Part shown: piece after piece, positions 1 through 9,583 of the stretch
Layout of the letters: each line of letters begins with the position of its first letter
How positions within the stretch are numbered: position 1 is the first letter of the stretch
NCBI GenBank assembly: GCA_964518765.1
Contig: CAZFJC010000001.1
Location: 11,595-75,594 of the forward strand
Reading direction: 5' to 3'
Length of the DNA: 64,000 nucleotides
DNA from: an uncultured bacterium
Lineage (GTDB): Bacteria > Edwardsbacteria > AC1 > EtOH8
The notes under the pieces: generated by a model
What the model saw: only the letters and a program-made list of their open reading frames with translations
Database searches by the model: none
What the model was told of the DNA's origin: nothing
Program-made: the position numbers and the translations under genes

Positions 1-423
1 GGCATCGCCGAGGAGGAGACCAAGAAGGGCCTGGATGTGGGCCATGACGAGTTCTCCTTCTCCAACGACGCCGGATGGGACCAGACCCTGGCCGGCAAGG
101 CCACCCGCAAGGCGGTGAACAAGGTGGTGGAGCTGGTCACCAAGTCCATGGACAAGCTCCCCTGGTGCGGCAAGGTTCTGAAAGCCGGCGCAGGCAGCAT
201 CATGATCAAGCCAGGGGCCGACGGGGGCGTCAAGGTGGGAGACGTTTTCGTGGTTTACTCCCAGGGGGAGGAGATCATAGACCCCGACACCGGGATATCG
301 CTGGGAAGCGAGGAGAAGAAGGCGGGTAGCATCGAGGTGGTGGAGGTCAAGGACAAGTACGCCACCGCCAAGCTGGTGACCGGCTCCGGGCTGAAGGCGG
401 GGGACCTGGTGAGGGAGAAGTAG
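1..423 (+). CDS. Hypothetical protein, 3' partial (the reading frame is open from nt 1). Its C-terminal roughly 75-aa domain is homologous to the C-terminus of the 1392..2726 protein.
   Basis: The frame is open from position 1 to the TAG at 421-423. The motif pattern G-x-VKVGD-x-V ... DPDTG-x-L ... VVxVKDKYA ... KLxxG...LKAGDLV is shared with residues about 350-444 of the CsgG-like TPR lipoprotein. Confidence 0.5.
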   Translation, partial: GIAEEETKKGLDVGHDEFSFSNDAGWDQTLAGKATRKAVNKVVELVTKSMDKLPWCGKVLKAGAGSIMIKPGADGGVKVGDVFVVYSQGEEIIDPDTGISLGSEEKKAGSIEVVEVKDKYATAKLVTGSGLKAGDLVREK

Positions 424-475
424 CCCCGGCGCCGCGGTGGATCAGACACTACTAATGCATAGTGGAGCACAAGAC

Positions 476-1249
476 ATGAAAACACGCCATATCCGGGCCA
501 ACCCGGCGGTCTGGTGGGCCCTGGCCCTGGCGGCGGCCGCCCTGCTGTTCGGCTCGGCCCAGCTTTGGGCCAAGGCCTCCTCCATCGCCAAGATCACCTT
601 CTACACCGGCGATGTCAGGACCCAGCCGCCCAAAAAGGACGACTGGAAGAAGGCCATTTACCAGCAGCCGCTGACCAATGGAGAGAAGGTGAAGACCGAG
701 GACCAGTCCCGGGCCGAGATCGGCTTCTCCGACGGCAGCATCATCCGTATCGACGGCAATTCCTCGTTGGACATCGTCGACACCAAGAAGGATAAGTCTG
801 GCCAGCAGGTGAAGGCCAAGGTATGGAGCGGCAAGGTCTGGGCCAACGTCAACAAGATGAGCAAGAAGTCGAAGTTCGAGCTGGAGTCCCCCACCGCCGT
901 GGCCGCGGTGCGGGGCACCGTCTACCGGATGGCGGTGATGCCGGACCGCACCACCAAGATCGCGGTCTACTCCGGGGCGGTGGCGGTCAAGCCCCACCCC
1001 GACTTCTTTATGGAGCAGAAGGCCAAGGCCGGAGGCCGTCCCGGGGAGATCGAGGGCCCGACCCAGATCGCCGGGCCGACCGAGGTCACCCTGGAGCAGT
1101 GGATCCAGATCGTCAAGATCCACCAGGAGATCACCATCAACCCCGACGGCACCTACGGCATCGTCCAGTTCAACCCGCAGTTGGACGCCCAGGACGACTG
1201 GGTGAGGTGGAACCAGGAGCGCGACCGGGCGCTGGGCAGGATCAAGTAG
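476..1249 (+). CDS. FecR-domain protein with an N-terminal signal-anchor.
   Basis: GGAG sits 8 nt upstream of the ATG at 476; alternative GTG at 437 or ATG at 455. The hydrophobic N-terminus is WWALALAAAALLFGSA. A FecR-like core is present (RAEIGFSDGSIIRIDGNSSLDI ... VWANV ... FELESPTAVAAVRGTVYRM). Confidence 0.6.
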   Translation: MKTRHIRANPAVWWALALAAAALLFGSAQLWAKASSIAKITFYTGDVRTQPPKKDDWKKAIYQQPLTNGEKVKTEDQSRAEIGFSDGSIIRIDGNSSLDIVDTKKDKSGQQVKAKVWSGKVWANVNKMSKKSKFELESPTAVAAVRGTVYRMAVMPDRTTKIAVYSGAVAVKPHPDFFMEQKAKAGGRPGEIEGPTQIAGPTEVTLEQWIQIVKIHQEITINPDGTYGIVQFNPQLDAQDDWVRWNQERDRALGRIK

Positions 1250-1391
1250 GGCGTCCGTCTTTCTCTGATCGTGAAGCTTCGAGGTCTAGGGTAGCGTCCA
1301 TGGAGCCGCCCCGCCTGTTGGGGCGGCTCCATGCAGGTGCCGCGGCATAAAAGCCGGGGCCAACATCAACCAGAAGGATTTTTCGCAGATC

Positions 1392-2726
1392 ATGAACGTC
1401 AAGAGAATCGGATTGATGGCGTCGCTGGCCGTTTTCACGGCCGTTTCCTGCGGCCCGGTGTTCGTGTCTATCAAGCGCCTGGAGCGGGCCCGGCTGCAGA
1501 TCCCGCCGGTAAGCCGGGTGGCGGTGGTGGACTTCGACGATGCCACCGGACAGGGCCGGGGGGCGGCGGTCGGCAGCCGGCTGGTGGCCGAGCTGGCTTC
1601 CCAGGGCTACTATCAGGTGCTGGAGCGGGCCAAGATCCAGTCGGTGATGAAGGAGCACGCCTTCAACCTGACCGGGGCGGTGGACCCGGCCACCGCCAAG
1701 GAGCTGGGCGGGCTTCTGGGGGTGGACGCCATCATCACCGGCGAGGTGCTGTCCTACGACGTCCAGACCACCAAGCGCACCGTCAAGGTGGAGAAGAAGG
1801 AGGGCACCGGGCAGTACGAGGAGGTGGAGAAGACCAACCCCTTCACCAAGAAGAAGTACAAGGTGAAGGAGGAGATCATGAAGACGGTGCTGGTGGACGA
1901 GGACCGCTTCGACAAGAGCGGCACGGTCTCGGTCAACTACCGGATGATAGACATCGCCTCCGGCCAGGTGGTGGTCACCAAGACCCACACCAAAAGCTAT
2001 CAGAAGGAGCTGAAGAAGAACACGGTGGGCGACGACGAGGTGCTGGCCGAGCTATTGACCGGCGTCACCTCCGGCTTCGTCGGCGACATCAGCCCCCATT
2101 ACGTCACCGTCTCCAAAAGGCTGCTGTCGTCCAAGTCCGACCCCAAAAACCTGGGGCAGGCCTACGCCAAGCAGGGGGAATGGCAGCGGGCGGTGGAGAT
2201 CTGGGAGCGCTCGGCCGCCCAGGCTCCCAACGATCCGGCCCTGTGGCACAACATCGGGGTGGGCCAGGAGGCTATGGGGCGCATCGAGCAAGCCGAGCAG
2301 GCCTACAACAAGGCCCTGCAGATCGATCCGGGCAATAAAACCTTCATCGAGAACGTGGCCCAGATCAGGAACGCCTTCCGGGGAGGCCTGCCCACCGGCC
2401 AGGGGGGTTCCCAGGCTCTGGCGGCCGAGCCTTCCGGCCAGCCATTGGAGCTGGACCCCAGGATAATCAAGTTGGAGGCGACCGGCGAGGTCTATATTAA
2501 CATCGGCAACAAGAGCGGGGTCAAGGTCGGGGACCGGTATATGGCCGTAGGGGAAAGGGAGATCAGAAACCCGGACACCGGAGAACTCCTGGACACCGAT
2601 GTCTACGACAAGGCCGAGCTGGTGGTGGCCAAGGTCATGGAGAACATCTCGGCCTGTCGGGTGGTGAAGCTCTTCCCCGGCCAGAAACTGGCGATCAAGG
2701 ACAAGGTGAAGCCGGTCAAAAAATAG
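1392..2726 (+). CDS. CsgG/LpoB-fold lipoprotein with TPR repeats and a C-terminal beta-rich domain.
   Basis: Lipobox (FTAVSC-G). CsgG-family pattern RVAVVDFDDATGQG...YYQVLERAKIQSVMKEH...GAVD...LGGLLGVDAIITGEV. TPR region (LGQAYAKQGEWQRAVEIWERSAAQAPNDPALWHNIGVGQEAMGRIEQAEQAYNKALQIDP). The C-terminal domain is shared with ORF 1..423. Confidence 0.6.
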   Translation: MNVKRIGLMASLAVFTAVSCGPVFVSIKRLERARLQIPPVSRVAVVDFDDATGQGRGAAVGSRLVAELASQGYYQVLERAKIQSVMKEHAFNLTGAVDPATAKELGGLLGVDAIITGEVLSYDVQTTKRTVKVEKKEGTGQYEEVEKTNPFTKKKYKVKEEIMKTVLVDEDRFDKSGTVSVNYRMIDIASGQVVVTKTHTKSYQKELKKNTVGDDEVLAELLTGVTSGFVGDISPHYVTVSKRLLSSKSDPKNLGQAYAKQGEWQRAVEIWERSAAQAPNDPALWHNIGVGQEAMGRIEQAEQAYNKALQIDPGNKTFIENVAQIRNAFRGGLPTGQGGSQALAAEPSGQPLELDPRIIKLEATGEVYINIGNKSGVKVGDRYMAVGEREIRNPDTGELLDTDVYDKAELVVAKVMENISACRVVKLFPGQKLAIKDKVKPVKK

Positions 2727-2749
2727 AAATAACATCTGCAGTCTGGGAA

Positions 2750-2775
2750 GGGGAGAGAGGCTCTCCCCTTTTCTT
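2750..2775 (+). terminator. Putative rho-independent terminator (GGGGAGAG-agg-CTCTCCCC + TTTTCTT) directly abutting the next start codon.
   Basis: Perfect 8-bp GC-rich stem with a 3-nt loop, followed by a T-tract. The ATG of the next CDS starts at 2777. Confidence 0.4.
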
Positions 2776-2776
2776 C

Positions 2777-4060
2777 ATGAAGATAGAATCGGTTATCAGG
2801 GGATCGTCCGCCGACAGGGCCGGCCTGAGGCCGGGGGACCGCATCCTGTCTATCAACGGCCACCCGGTAAAGGACGAGATAGATCTGCGCTTCCATACCT
2901 CGGACGAGCTGCTTGATTTTATCGTCGAGAGGTCGGGGAGGGTGCGAAGCTTTCGTGCCTTACGCAGGCCGGGGCGGCCGTTGGGGATGGTGCCCGAGGC
3001 CTGGCGGGTCCGACGCTGCGGCAACCGCTGCCTTTTTTGCTTCGTGGACCAGATGCCCAAGGGGTTCAGGCCATCGCTCTACGTCAAGGACGAGGACTAT
3101 CGGCTTTCCTTCCTTCACGGGAACTACCTGACCCTGACCGGCTTCTCCGGCGCCGACCGCGCGCGGGTGATCGCACAGAGGCTCAGCCCGCTCTACGTCT
3201 CTGTCCACGCCTCGGATGAAAAGGTGAGGGGGAGGCTTCTGGGGGCCGGGCGCCCGGTGCCGATCATGCCGCTGTTGAGCGATCTGGTCAGGCACGGGAT
3301 CGAGCTGCATACTCAAATCGTCCTCTGTCCGGGGATCAACGACGGCAAGGTTCTGGATAAAACCATCTGTGACCTGGTCGCCCTGCACCCTGGCGTGGCC
3401 AGCATCGCGGTGGTCCCGGTCGGGCTGACCAGCCACCGTCTCGGACTGCCTAGGCTCGATCCTGTCAGCGGGAGATTGGCCAGGCAAATCATTGTTAAAT
3501 ATAAACCAATCCAGAAGAAGTTAAGGGAGAAGTTCAACAGAACGATACTTTATTTTTCGGATGAATTCTACCTCCTAGCCAGCCTTGACATACCTAATTC
3601 CATTTGGTATGATGATTACCCACAGATCGAGAACGGTGTCGGCATGAGCAGGCTTTTTATTGACAGTATCGAAGAAAGTTCTTTAAATTTGCCTTCCAAG
3701 CTTGCAAGCCCCAAAAAAATAGCCTTGGTGACCGGGATGCTGGCTAAACCTCTACTTGAACCTCTCGTTAAAAAATTCTTGGGTATAAAAAAATTAGAGG
3801 TACGCTTGATTGCCGTGGAAAACCGGCTTTTTGGTTCCAGCATCACGGTCAGCGGCCTGTTGTCCGGCAGGGACATTCTGAACGTCTTGTCCCGGGAGTC
3901 CGGATTAGACCTGGTGGCGTTGCCTGAGAATGTGGCCAACGCCGAGGGCATATTTATAGAGGGGATGACCGTTAGAAGATTCAGAACGATGGTGGCGCCA
4001 ACCAGGGTTGTTTTCGGCCTAGAAGGTCTGGTTAAAAGGATCGCTTCATGGGCCGGATAA
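2777..4060 (+). CDS. PDZ plus DUF512 domain protein (radical-SAM-like CxxxCxFC motif).
   Basis: N-terminal PDZ (IRGSSADRAGLRPGDRILSINGHPV); CGNRCLFCFVDQ motif; DUF512-like remainder. The 3' part (about 3480-3850) is markedly AT-richer than the rest of the gene. Confidence 0.65.
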   Translation: MKIESVIRGSSADRAGLRPGDRILSINGHPVKDEIDLRFHTSDELLDFIVERSGRVRSFRALRRPGRPLGMVPEAWRVRRCGNRCLFCFVDQMPKGFRPSLYVKDEDYRLSFLHGNYLTLTGFSGADRARVIAQRLSPLYVSVHASDEKVRGRLLGAGRPVPIMPLLSDLVRHGIELHTQIVLCPGINDGKVLDKTICDLVALHPGVASIAVVPVGLTSHRLGLPRLDPVSGRLARQIIVKYKPIQKKLREKFNRTILYFSDEFYLLASLDIPNSIWYDDYPQIENGVGMSRLFIDSIEESSLNLPSKLASPKKIALVTGMLAKPLLEPLVKKFLGIKKLEVRLIAVENRLFGSSITVSGLLSGRDILNVLSRESGLDLVALPENVANAEGIFIEGMTVRRFRTMVAPTRVVFGLEGLVKRIASWAG

Positions 4061-4932
4061 GGTTGAAGCTGGCCTCGATGATGAAGCCGGTCGATTGGAT
4101 GGTTGGGGCATACCAGCTGCTGGTGGCCGCGGTGGCCCTGGTCTTCAGGGACAATTTCGACAACTGGGCCATGGTCTTCGTTCGCCATCTGCTGGCGCTG
4201 GCGGTGGTGGTCACCATCAGGGGGCTGGCCCTCAAATACCCCAGGAAATGGCTGGTGGTGGTCTCCGACTGGTACCTGGGGCTGTCGCTGCCGCTGGCCT
4301 ACACCTGGGCCGGGGATTTCGTCCACGCCATCTTTCCCTGGAAGATTGACCGGACGCTCCACGCCATCGACCTCTGGCTGTTAGGGGTCGACCCCACCGA
4401 CTTCCTCCAAGGTTTCGCCCGGCCGTGGCTCACCGACCTGATGCAGCTGTCGTACTGTTCTTTTTTCCTGCTGATCTTCTCCGGTTACCTGATCATCTAC
4501 CTCAAGGGGAACAGGCGGCATTACCAGAACTTCGAGATGGTGGTCCTCTCTGGGCTCTACGGCACCTACCTTTGGTTCATGCTGCTGCCGGCCCACAGCC
4601 CGCGCTTCATCACCTGCCCCGAGCTCATGCTTCAGGGGGGCAGGATCACCGACATCATTAACCACTTCCTGGCGGACAACGCCTATGCCGGCGGCGCCTT
4701 CCCCTCGGGGCACGGGGCGGTCTCGGTGTCCATCTGCGTCTTCATCTGGCGCTACGCCCGGCGCTGGGCACCGCTGTTCATTCTGCTGACGGCCATGCTG
4801 CTGGTGTCCACGGTCTACGGAGGATACCATTACGTCATCGACCTGCTGGCCGGCCTGGCCCACGGAGCCCTGGCCAGCCTGATGGCTGTCCTTTGGAACC
4901 GGGAATGGCGTCGTCGGGGATTGCTGTCCTGA
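4048..4932 (+). CDS. PAP2-family membrane phosphatase.
   Basis: Multiple TM helices; PAP2 signature FPSGHGAVS ... YGGYHYVIDLLAG. It overlaps the upstream gene by 13 nt; alternative ATG at 4078. Confidence 0.65.
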   Translation: MGRIRLKLASMMKPVDWMVGAYQLLVAAVALVFRDNFDNWAMVFVRHLLALAVVVTIRGLALKYPRKWLVVVSDWYLGLSLPLAYTWAGDFVHAIFPWKIDRTLHAIDLWLLGVDPTDFLQGFARPWLTDLMQLSYCSFFLLIFSGYLIIYLKGNRRHYQNFEMVVLSGLYGTYLWFMLLPAHSPRFITCPELMLQGGRITDIINHFLADNAYAGGAFPSGHGAVSVSICVFIWRYARRWAPLFILLTAMLLVSTVYGGYHYVIDLLAGLAHGALASLMAVLWNREWRRRGLLS

Positions 4933-4970
4933 TAACCCGGCATCGATAACCGCCTTGAGCTTAGTGGCCG

Positions 4971-5735
4971 ATGTTCATAGTAAAAAAAATTCTATCGCCT
5001 TTGTTGATGCCACTTCCCCTGGCCTTCATTCTGCTGGCGGCCGGATTGATTATGCGATCGAGCAAGCGCCGGCAGAGGCCGGGGACCGTGCTTTTCATGG
5101 CCGGCATCGGCATCATTCTCGTCACCTCGTACGGATTCACCGGACGGCCTCTACTGGAGAGGTTGGAGTATCGGTATATCCCCAGGCCCGAGGCTGGTGA
5201 CCTGGCCGGGGTGAAGTGGGTGGTGGTGCTGGGCGGTGGGGTTTGGGACGATGGACGGCTGTCCAGCACCGCCAGGCTCACCGAGAGCTCGGTCTGCCGG
5301 CTGGCCGAGGGCATCCGGCTGTGGCGCCAGATCCCGGGCTCGAAGCTGCTGTTGTCCGGCGGCCGGGTCTTCACCCCGGTCCCCGAGGCGCAGGCCATGG
5401 CCGAGCTGGCCAGGGAGCTGGGGGTGCCGGATTCATCCCTGGCCCTGGAGACGGAATCCAGGGACACCGGAGAGCAGGCCCGGCTGGTGGCCGGGATGGT
5501 GGGCGATCAGCGGATGGTGCTGGTGACCTCGGCCGCCCACATGCCGCGCTCCATGGCCCTGTTCCGCAAGCAGGGGATCAGTCCGGTGCCGGCCCCGTCC
5601 AACTTCATGGTCAAGCGTGGGCAGAGCGGCGACCCGGGGAGGTTCTTTCCCAGCTCGGTGGGCATCGAGGTCTGGGAGACGATCATCCACGAGACGGCGG
5701 GGATGGCCTGGTCGAGGATCGTCGGGGGGATCTGA
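4971..5735 (+). CDS. DUF218 (ElyC/SanA/YdcF family) envelope protein.
   Basis: N-terminal TM region, then a DUF218-like core (VVVLGGGV ... LLSGG ... EAQAMAELARELGVP...SRDTGEQA). Confidence 0.6.
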   Translation: MFIVKKILSPLLMPLPLAFILLAAGLIMRSSKRRQRPGTVLFMAGIGIILVTSYGFTGRPLLERLEYRYIPRPEAGDLAGVKWVVVLGGGVWDDGRLSSTARLTESSVCRLAEGIRLWRQIPGSKLLLSGGRVFTPVPEAQAMAELARELGVPDSSLALETESRDTGEQARLVAGMVGDQRMVLVTSAAHMPRSMALFRKQGISPVPAPSNFMVKRGQSGDPGRFFPSSVGIEVWETIIHETAGMAWSRIVGGI

Positions 5736-5789
5736 GTTCTATATATCATATGTTTTATACTATATAATTATGGTTAAGGGTATATAAAG

Positions 5790-7172
5790 GTGAGCCTTCC
5801 GGTGGTGGCCATCATCGGCCGTCCCAACGTGGGGAAGTCCACCCTGTTCAACCGGGTGCTGCGAAGGCGGGCGGCCATAGTGGACGATAGGCCCGGCGTC
5901 ACCCGCGACCGCCACTACGCCCTGGCCGACTGGGCGGGGCGCAGCTTCTACCTGGTGGATACCGGCGGCCTGGTGCCCCACAGCCGGGACCGGATGGAGA
6001 AGGCCATCAGGCGGCAGGTCGAGGCCGCGTTGGCCGAGGCCGACCTGCTGTTGATGGTGGTGGACACCAAGGAGGGTCTGACCGACACCGACCGCCACAT
6101 CGCCCAGCTGGTGAGGAGGAGCGGCAAGCCGGCGGTGCTGGCCGCCAACAAGGTCGATTCGGCCAAGGACGAGCCCGGCATCTACGAGTTCTTCCAGCTG
6201 GGCCTGGGTGAGCCGTTGGCGGTGTCGGCCTCGTCGGGGCGGGGCTCCGGCGATCTGCTGGAGGCGGTGACCGCCAAGTTGCCGGCCTGCGACGCGGCCG
6301 AAGCCGGGCCGGCAGGGATCAGGGTGGCCCTGCTGGGCAAACCAAATGTGGGGAAATCGTCCCTGGTCAACGCCATCACCGGACAGGAGAGGGTGATCGT
6401 GGATGCGGAGCCGGGCACCACCCGGGACGCGGTGGACACCGCCTTCGAATGGCAGGGGAACAGCCTGGTGCTGGTGGACACCGCCGGCCTAAGGCGCAAG
6501 TCGCGGGCCGACGATCTAGAGTTCTACACCAGGCTTCGGACCGAGCGGACCATCGAGCAGAGCCAGGTAGGGGTTCTGGTGCTGGACGGCAGCCAGGGGC
6601 TGACGCACCTGGACCTGTCGTTGGCCGGGATGCTGGACGCCTCGGACCGGGCGGTGGTGCTGGCGGTTAACAAATGGGATCTTTCAAGCCAGGACAGGGC
6701 GAACTACGTCGGCTGGCTGAGGCGGGAGATGCCGTTTCTGGCCCACGCCGAGCCGGCTTTCACCTCGGCCCTCAAGGGCGAGGGCGTCCCGCACCTGCTG
6801 CAGGCGATAGTTTCGGCCTACGGGCAGTGGCGCAAGTGGCTAGAGCCTGAAATCCTGAAGGCGGCCTTCGAGGAAGCGGTGTCCAAGAACCAACCTCCGG
6901 CCCCGAAGGGCAAAGAGCTGCTGCTCTACTCCATACGACAGACGGGCGTCGAGCCTCCCTCCTTCGAGGTGCTGGCCAACCAGCCCCGGCTGGTGCCCGA
7001 GTCCTACCAGCGGTACCTGGCCGGCGGGCTCAGGAATAGGCTGGGCATCAGGGGAACCCCCATCAGGATTTCCTACGGTAAATCGGCCCCTCCCCAGGAC
7101 TGGCAGAAAAGGCGCTATGTGGCTTACGGCCAGAGGCCGAGGTACCGGGCAGGCAGCATGGAAACCGAATAG
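5790..7172 (+). CDS. der: Ribosome-biogenesis GTPase Der (EngA); GTG start.
   Basis: Two tandem GTPase domains (VAIIGRPNVGKSTLFN ... VALLGKPNVGKSSLVN) plus a KH-like C-terminus. An AT-rich promoter-like stretch at 5736-5789 precedes it. Confidence 0.9.
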   Translation: MSLPVVAIIGRPNVGKSTLFNRVLRRRAAIVDDRPGVTRDRHYALADWAGRSFYLVDTGGLVPHSRDRMEKAIRRQVEAALAEADLLLMVVDTKEGLTDTDRHIAQLVRRSGKPAVLAANKVDSAKDEPGIYEFFQLGLGEPLAVSASSGRGSGDLLEAVTAKLPACDAAEAGPAGIRVALLGKPNVGKSSLVNAITGQERVIVDAEPGTTRDAVDTAFEWQGNSLVLVDTAGLRRKSRADDLEFYTRLRTERTIEQSQVGVLVLDGSQGLTHLDLSLAGMLDASDRAVVLAVNKWDLSSQDRANYVGWLRREMPFLAHAEPAFTSALKGEGVPHLLQAIVSAYGQWRKWLEPEILKAAFEEAVSKNQPPAPKGKELLLYSIRQTGVEPPSFEVLANQPRLVPESYQRYLAGGLRNRLGIRGTPIRISYGKSAPPQDWQKRRYVAYGQRPRYRAGSMETE

Positions 7173-7186
7173 AGCCGAATCAAAAG

Positions 7187-7855
7187 ATGGACATTTTTCT
7201 CAGGTTCATTTTCGCCCTGGCTTCCTATCTTATCGGCGGAATGCCCTTCGGCTATTTGATAGGCAGGCTCGTCAGGGGAATAGATATCAGGGAGCACGGC
7301 AGCCGGAACGTCGGGGCCACCAACGTCTTCCGGGTGGTGGGCAAGGGGGCGGGGATCGCCGTCTACGCCCTGGACGCCCTCAAGGGGCTGGCCCCGGTCC
7401 TAGCGGCCAAGGCGCTGTGGCCGGCCGTCACAGCCGGAGGAGAGTGGTACTATATAATTATAGCATTGGCCGCCATCTTGGGCCACGTTTTCACGCCGTA
7501 CCTCAACTTCAAGGGAGGGAAGGGGGTGGCCACCGCCTCCGGCTCCATGCTGGCCCTGGCGCCGCTGCCGGTGCTGGCCTCGCTGCTGGTCTTCGCTGTG
7601 GTGCTGGCCCTGTTCGGATGGGTTTCCCTGGGCTCCCTAGCCGCTGCCTTCGCCTTTCCCATATCGGTGGCGGTGGAGCTGGCCCTGAAGAACCGGTACC
7701 CCTTCACCCCGGTGCTGGCGGCCGCCTGGTTCTTGACCATCCTGGTGCTCGTCACCCACCGGGCCAACATCGTCCGGCTGCTGCAGGGCAGGGAGCCGAG
7801 GCTCTTCCGCAAGAGGGGGCCGGAGGCCCAGGAAAATGACGGACAAAAGCAATAA
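7187..7855 (+). CDS. plsY: Glycerol-3-phosphate acyltransferase PlsY.
   Basis: LIGGMPFGYLIGR ... HGSRNVGATNVFR ... FKGGKGVAT; classic der-plsY-gpsA synteny. Confidence 0.9.
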   Translation: MDIFLRFIFALASYLIGGMPFGYLIGRLVRGIDIREHGSRNVGATNVFRVVGKGAGIAVYALDALKGLAPVLAAKALWPAVTAGGEWYYIIIALAAILGHVFTPYLNFKGGKGVATASGSMLALAPLPVLASLLVFAVVLALFGWVSLGSLAAAFAFPISVAVELALKNRYPFTPVLAAAWFLTILVLVTHRANIVRLLQGREPRLFRKRGPEAQENDGQKQ

Positions 7856-8846
7856 AGAAATAGCAATCCTAGGTGCCGGCAACTGGGGGACCACCCTGGC
7901 GGTGATGCTGGCGTCTCGGGGGCACCGCGTCCGGCTCTGGGAGTATCGTCCGGAGCTGGCCCGGGAGATCGAAAGCCGGAGGGAGAACGCCGCCTTCCTG
8001 CCCGGGGTAAAGCTGCCACCGCAGGCCAGGGCCACCTCCGAGCTGACGGAGGCGCTGGGCGGCGCCGACGCCTGTCTGGTGGCCCTGCCCTCGCAAACGG
8101 TGCGCCAGGTATGCGAAAAGGCTTCGGCCCACCTGGCTCCGGGCACCCTGGTCATCTCCTGCGTCAAGGGGCTGGAGCACCAGACCCTGCTGCGGATGTC
8201 GCAGGTGATCGGCGCCTGTCTTCCCGTGGAGCAACAGAAGCTGGCCGCCTTATCCGGGCCCAACATCGCTCCGGAGATTGCCCAGGGGATGCCGGCCACG
8301 GCGGTGGCGGCCGCTTCAGGTCCCGAGGCGGCCCGGGAGGCTCAGGCGCTGCTTCATTCCGACCGGTATCGGGTCTACACCAGCCTTGATCTGCCGGGCG
8401 TGGAGCTGGGTGGGGCGCTGAAGAACGTCATCGCTTTGGCCGCCGGGATGGTCGAGGGCCTGGGCCTGGGGGCCAATACCAAGGGGGCGCTCTTGACCCG
8501 TGGATTGGCCGAGATCATCCGGCTGGGCATCGCCATGGGCGCCAGGGCCGAGACCTTCGCCGGTCTATCCGGGCTGGGTGACATGGTCGCTACCTGCATG
8601 AGCGACCGTAGCCGCAATCGCCAGGTGGGACAGCAGGTGGGGAGGGGCAGGCCCCTGTCCGAGGTGCTGGAGGGGATGTCCATGGTGGCCGAGGGCGTGC
8701 CGACCACCAGGTCGGCCTGGGAGCTGGCCCGCAAGCATGGGGTCGACATGCCCATCACCCAAGCGGTGCACCAGATCCTTTTCGAGGGCAAGACACCGAG
8801 GACGGCCATCGGGGAGCTGATGGCTCGGGAGGCCAAGGCCGAGTGA
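7836..8846 (+). CDS. gpsA: NAD(P)H-dependent glycerol-3-phosphate dehydrogenase.
   Basis: IAILGAGNWGTTLA Rossmann motif; GGALKNVIALAAGM. GGAGG is 9 nt upstream. It overlaps plsY by 20 nt. Confidence 0.9.
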   Translation: MTDKSNKEIAILGAGNWGTTLAVMLASRGHRVRLWEYRPELAREIESRRENAAFLPGVKLPPQARATSELTEALGGADACLVALPSQTVRQVCEKASAHLAPGTLVISCVKGLEHQTLLRMSQVIGACLPVEQQKLAALSGPNIAPEIAQGMPATAVAAASGPEAAREAQALLHSDRYRVYTSLDLPGVELGGALKNVIALAAGMVEGLGLGANTKGALLTRGLAEIIRLGIAMGARAETFAGLSGLGDMVATCMSDRSRNRQVGQQVGRGRPLSEVLEGMSMVAEGVPTTRSAWELARKHGVDMPITQAVHQILFEGKTPRTAIGELMAREAKAE

Positions 8847-8890
8847 GCGGGGCGGGCTGGCGGCTGGACCGAGAGGAAGGGCTGTTGATA

Positions 8891-9583
8891 ATGCGTTTCC
8901 GCCTGCTGGAGGATAGGGGCATCGGCCACGGACTGGCGGTCCGCCAGCGGGGCGGCAATCTGGATGCCGAGCAGGTCTATCGGGCCTTCTCCGCCCGGGC
9001 GCCGACCGCGGTCACCGAACAAACCCATTCCACCAGGGCCGTATCGATAACCGCAGGAACCGGTCTATTCTACCCGGAGCGCATCCCAGCCGACGCCTTG
9101 ACGACCACCGAGCCCCGCCTGCGTCTCACCATCCATACCGCCGACTGCGTGCCGGTCTTCCTGGCCTCGGCCGACGGCCGAGCGGTAGGTTTGTTCCACT
9201 GCGGCTGGCGGGGGACCGCCGAGAAATTTCTGGAGAAGGCCGTCAGGATTTTCGAGACGGAGTACCGGGTGGGGACGGATATGTTGCTGGCTGTCATCGG
9301 GCCATGCATCGAGGCCGGCTGTTACCCGGTGGGGCCGGAGGTGGCCGAAAGGTTCGGACGGGACGTCAAACAACCGGCGCCAGATGGGAGATGGTTCCTG
9401 GATCTCAGGGCTGAAAACCTGCGACAGCTTTCAGCCGCGGGCCTTAGCAGGGAAAACATCCAGGTGACGTCATTGTGCACCAGGTGCCGCCAAGATCTGT
9501 TCCATTCCTACCGCCGGGAGGGGGCGGGGCTTGGGGGGAAGATGGTAGCATTTATTGAGGCTGGCCATGAAGAACAGCGCTGA
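8891..9583 (+). CDS. pgeF: Peptidoglycan editing factor PgeF (YfiH/polyphenol-oxidase family).
   Basis: TADCVPVFL ... LFHCGWRGT ... GPCIE motif set. GGAAGG is upstream of the ATG at 8891; an alternative GTG start at 8843 overlaps the gpsA stop. Confidence 0.75.
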   Translation: MRFRLLEDRGIGHGLAVRQRGGNLDAEQVYRAFSARAPTAVTEQTHSTRAVSITAGTGLFYPERIPADALTTTEPRLRLTIHTADCVPVFLASADGRAVGLFHCGWRGTAEKFLEKAVRIFETEYRVGTDMLLAVIGPCIEAGCYPVGPEVAERFGRDVKQPAPDGRWFLDLRAENLRQLSAAGLSRENIQVTSLCTRCRQDLFHSYRREGAGLGGKMVAFIEAGHEEQR

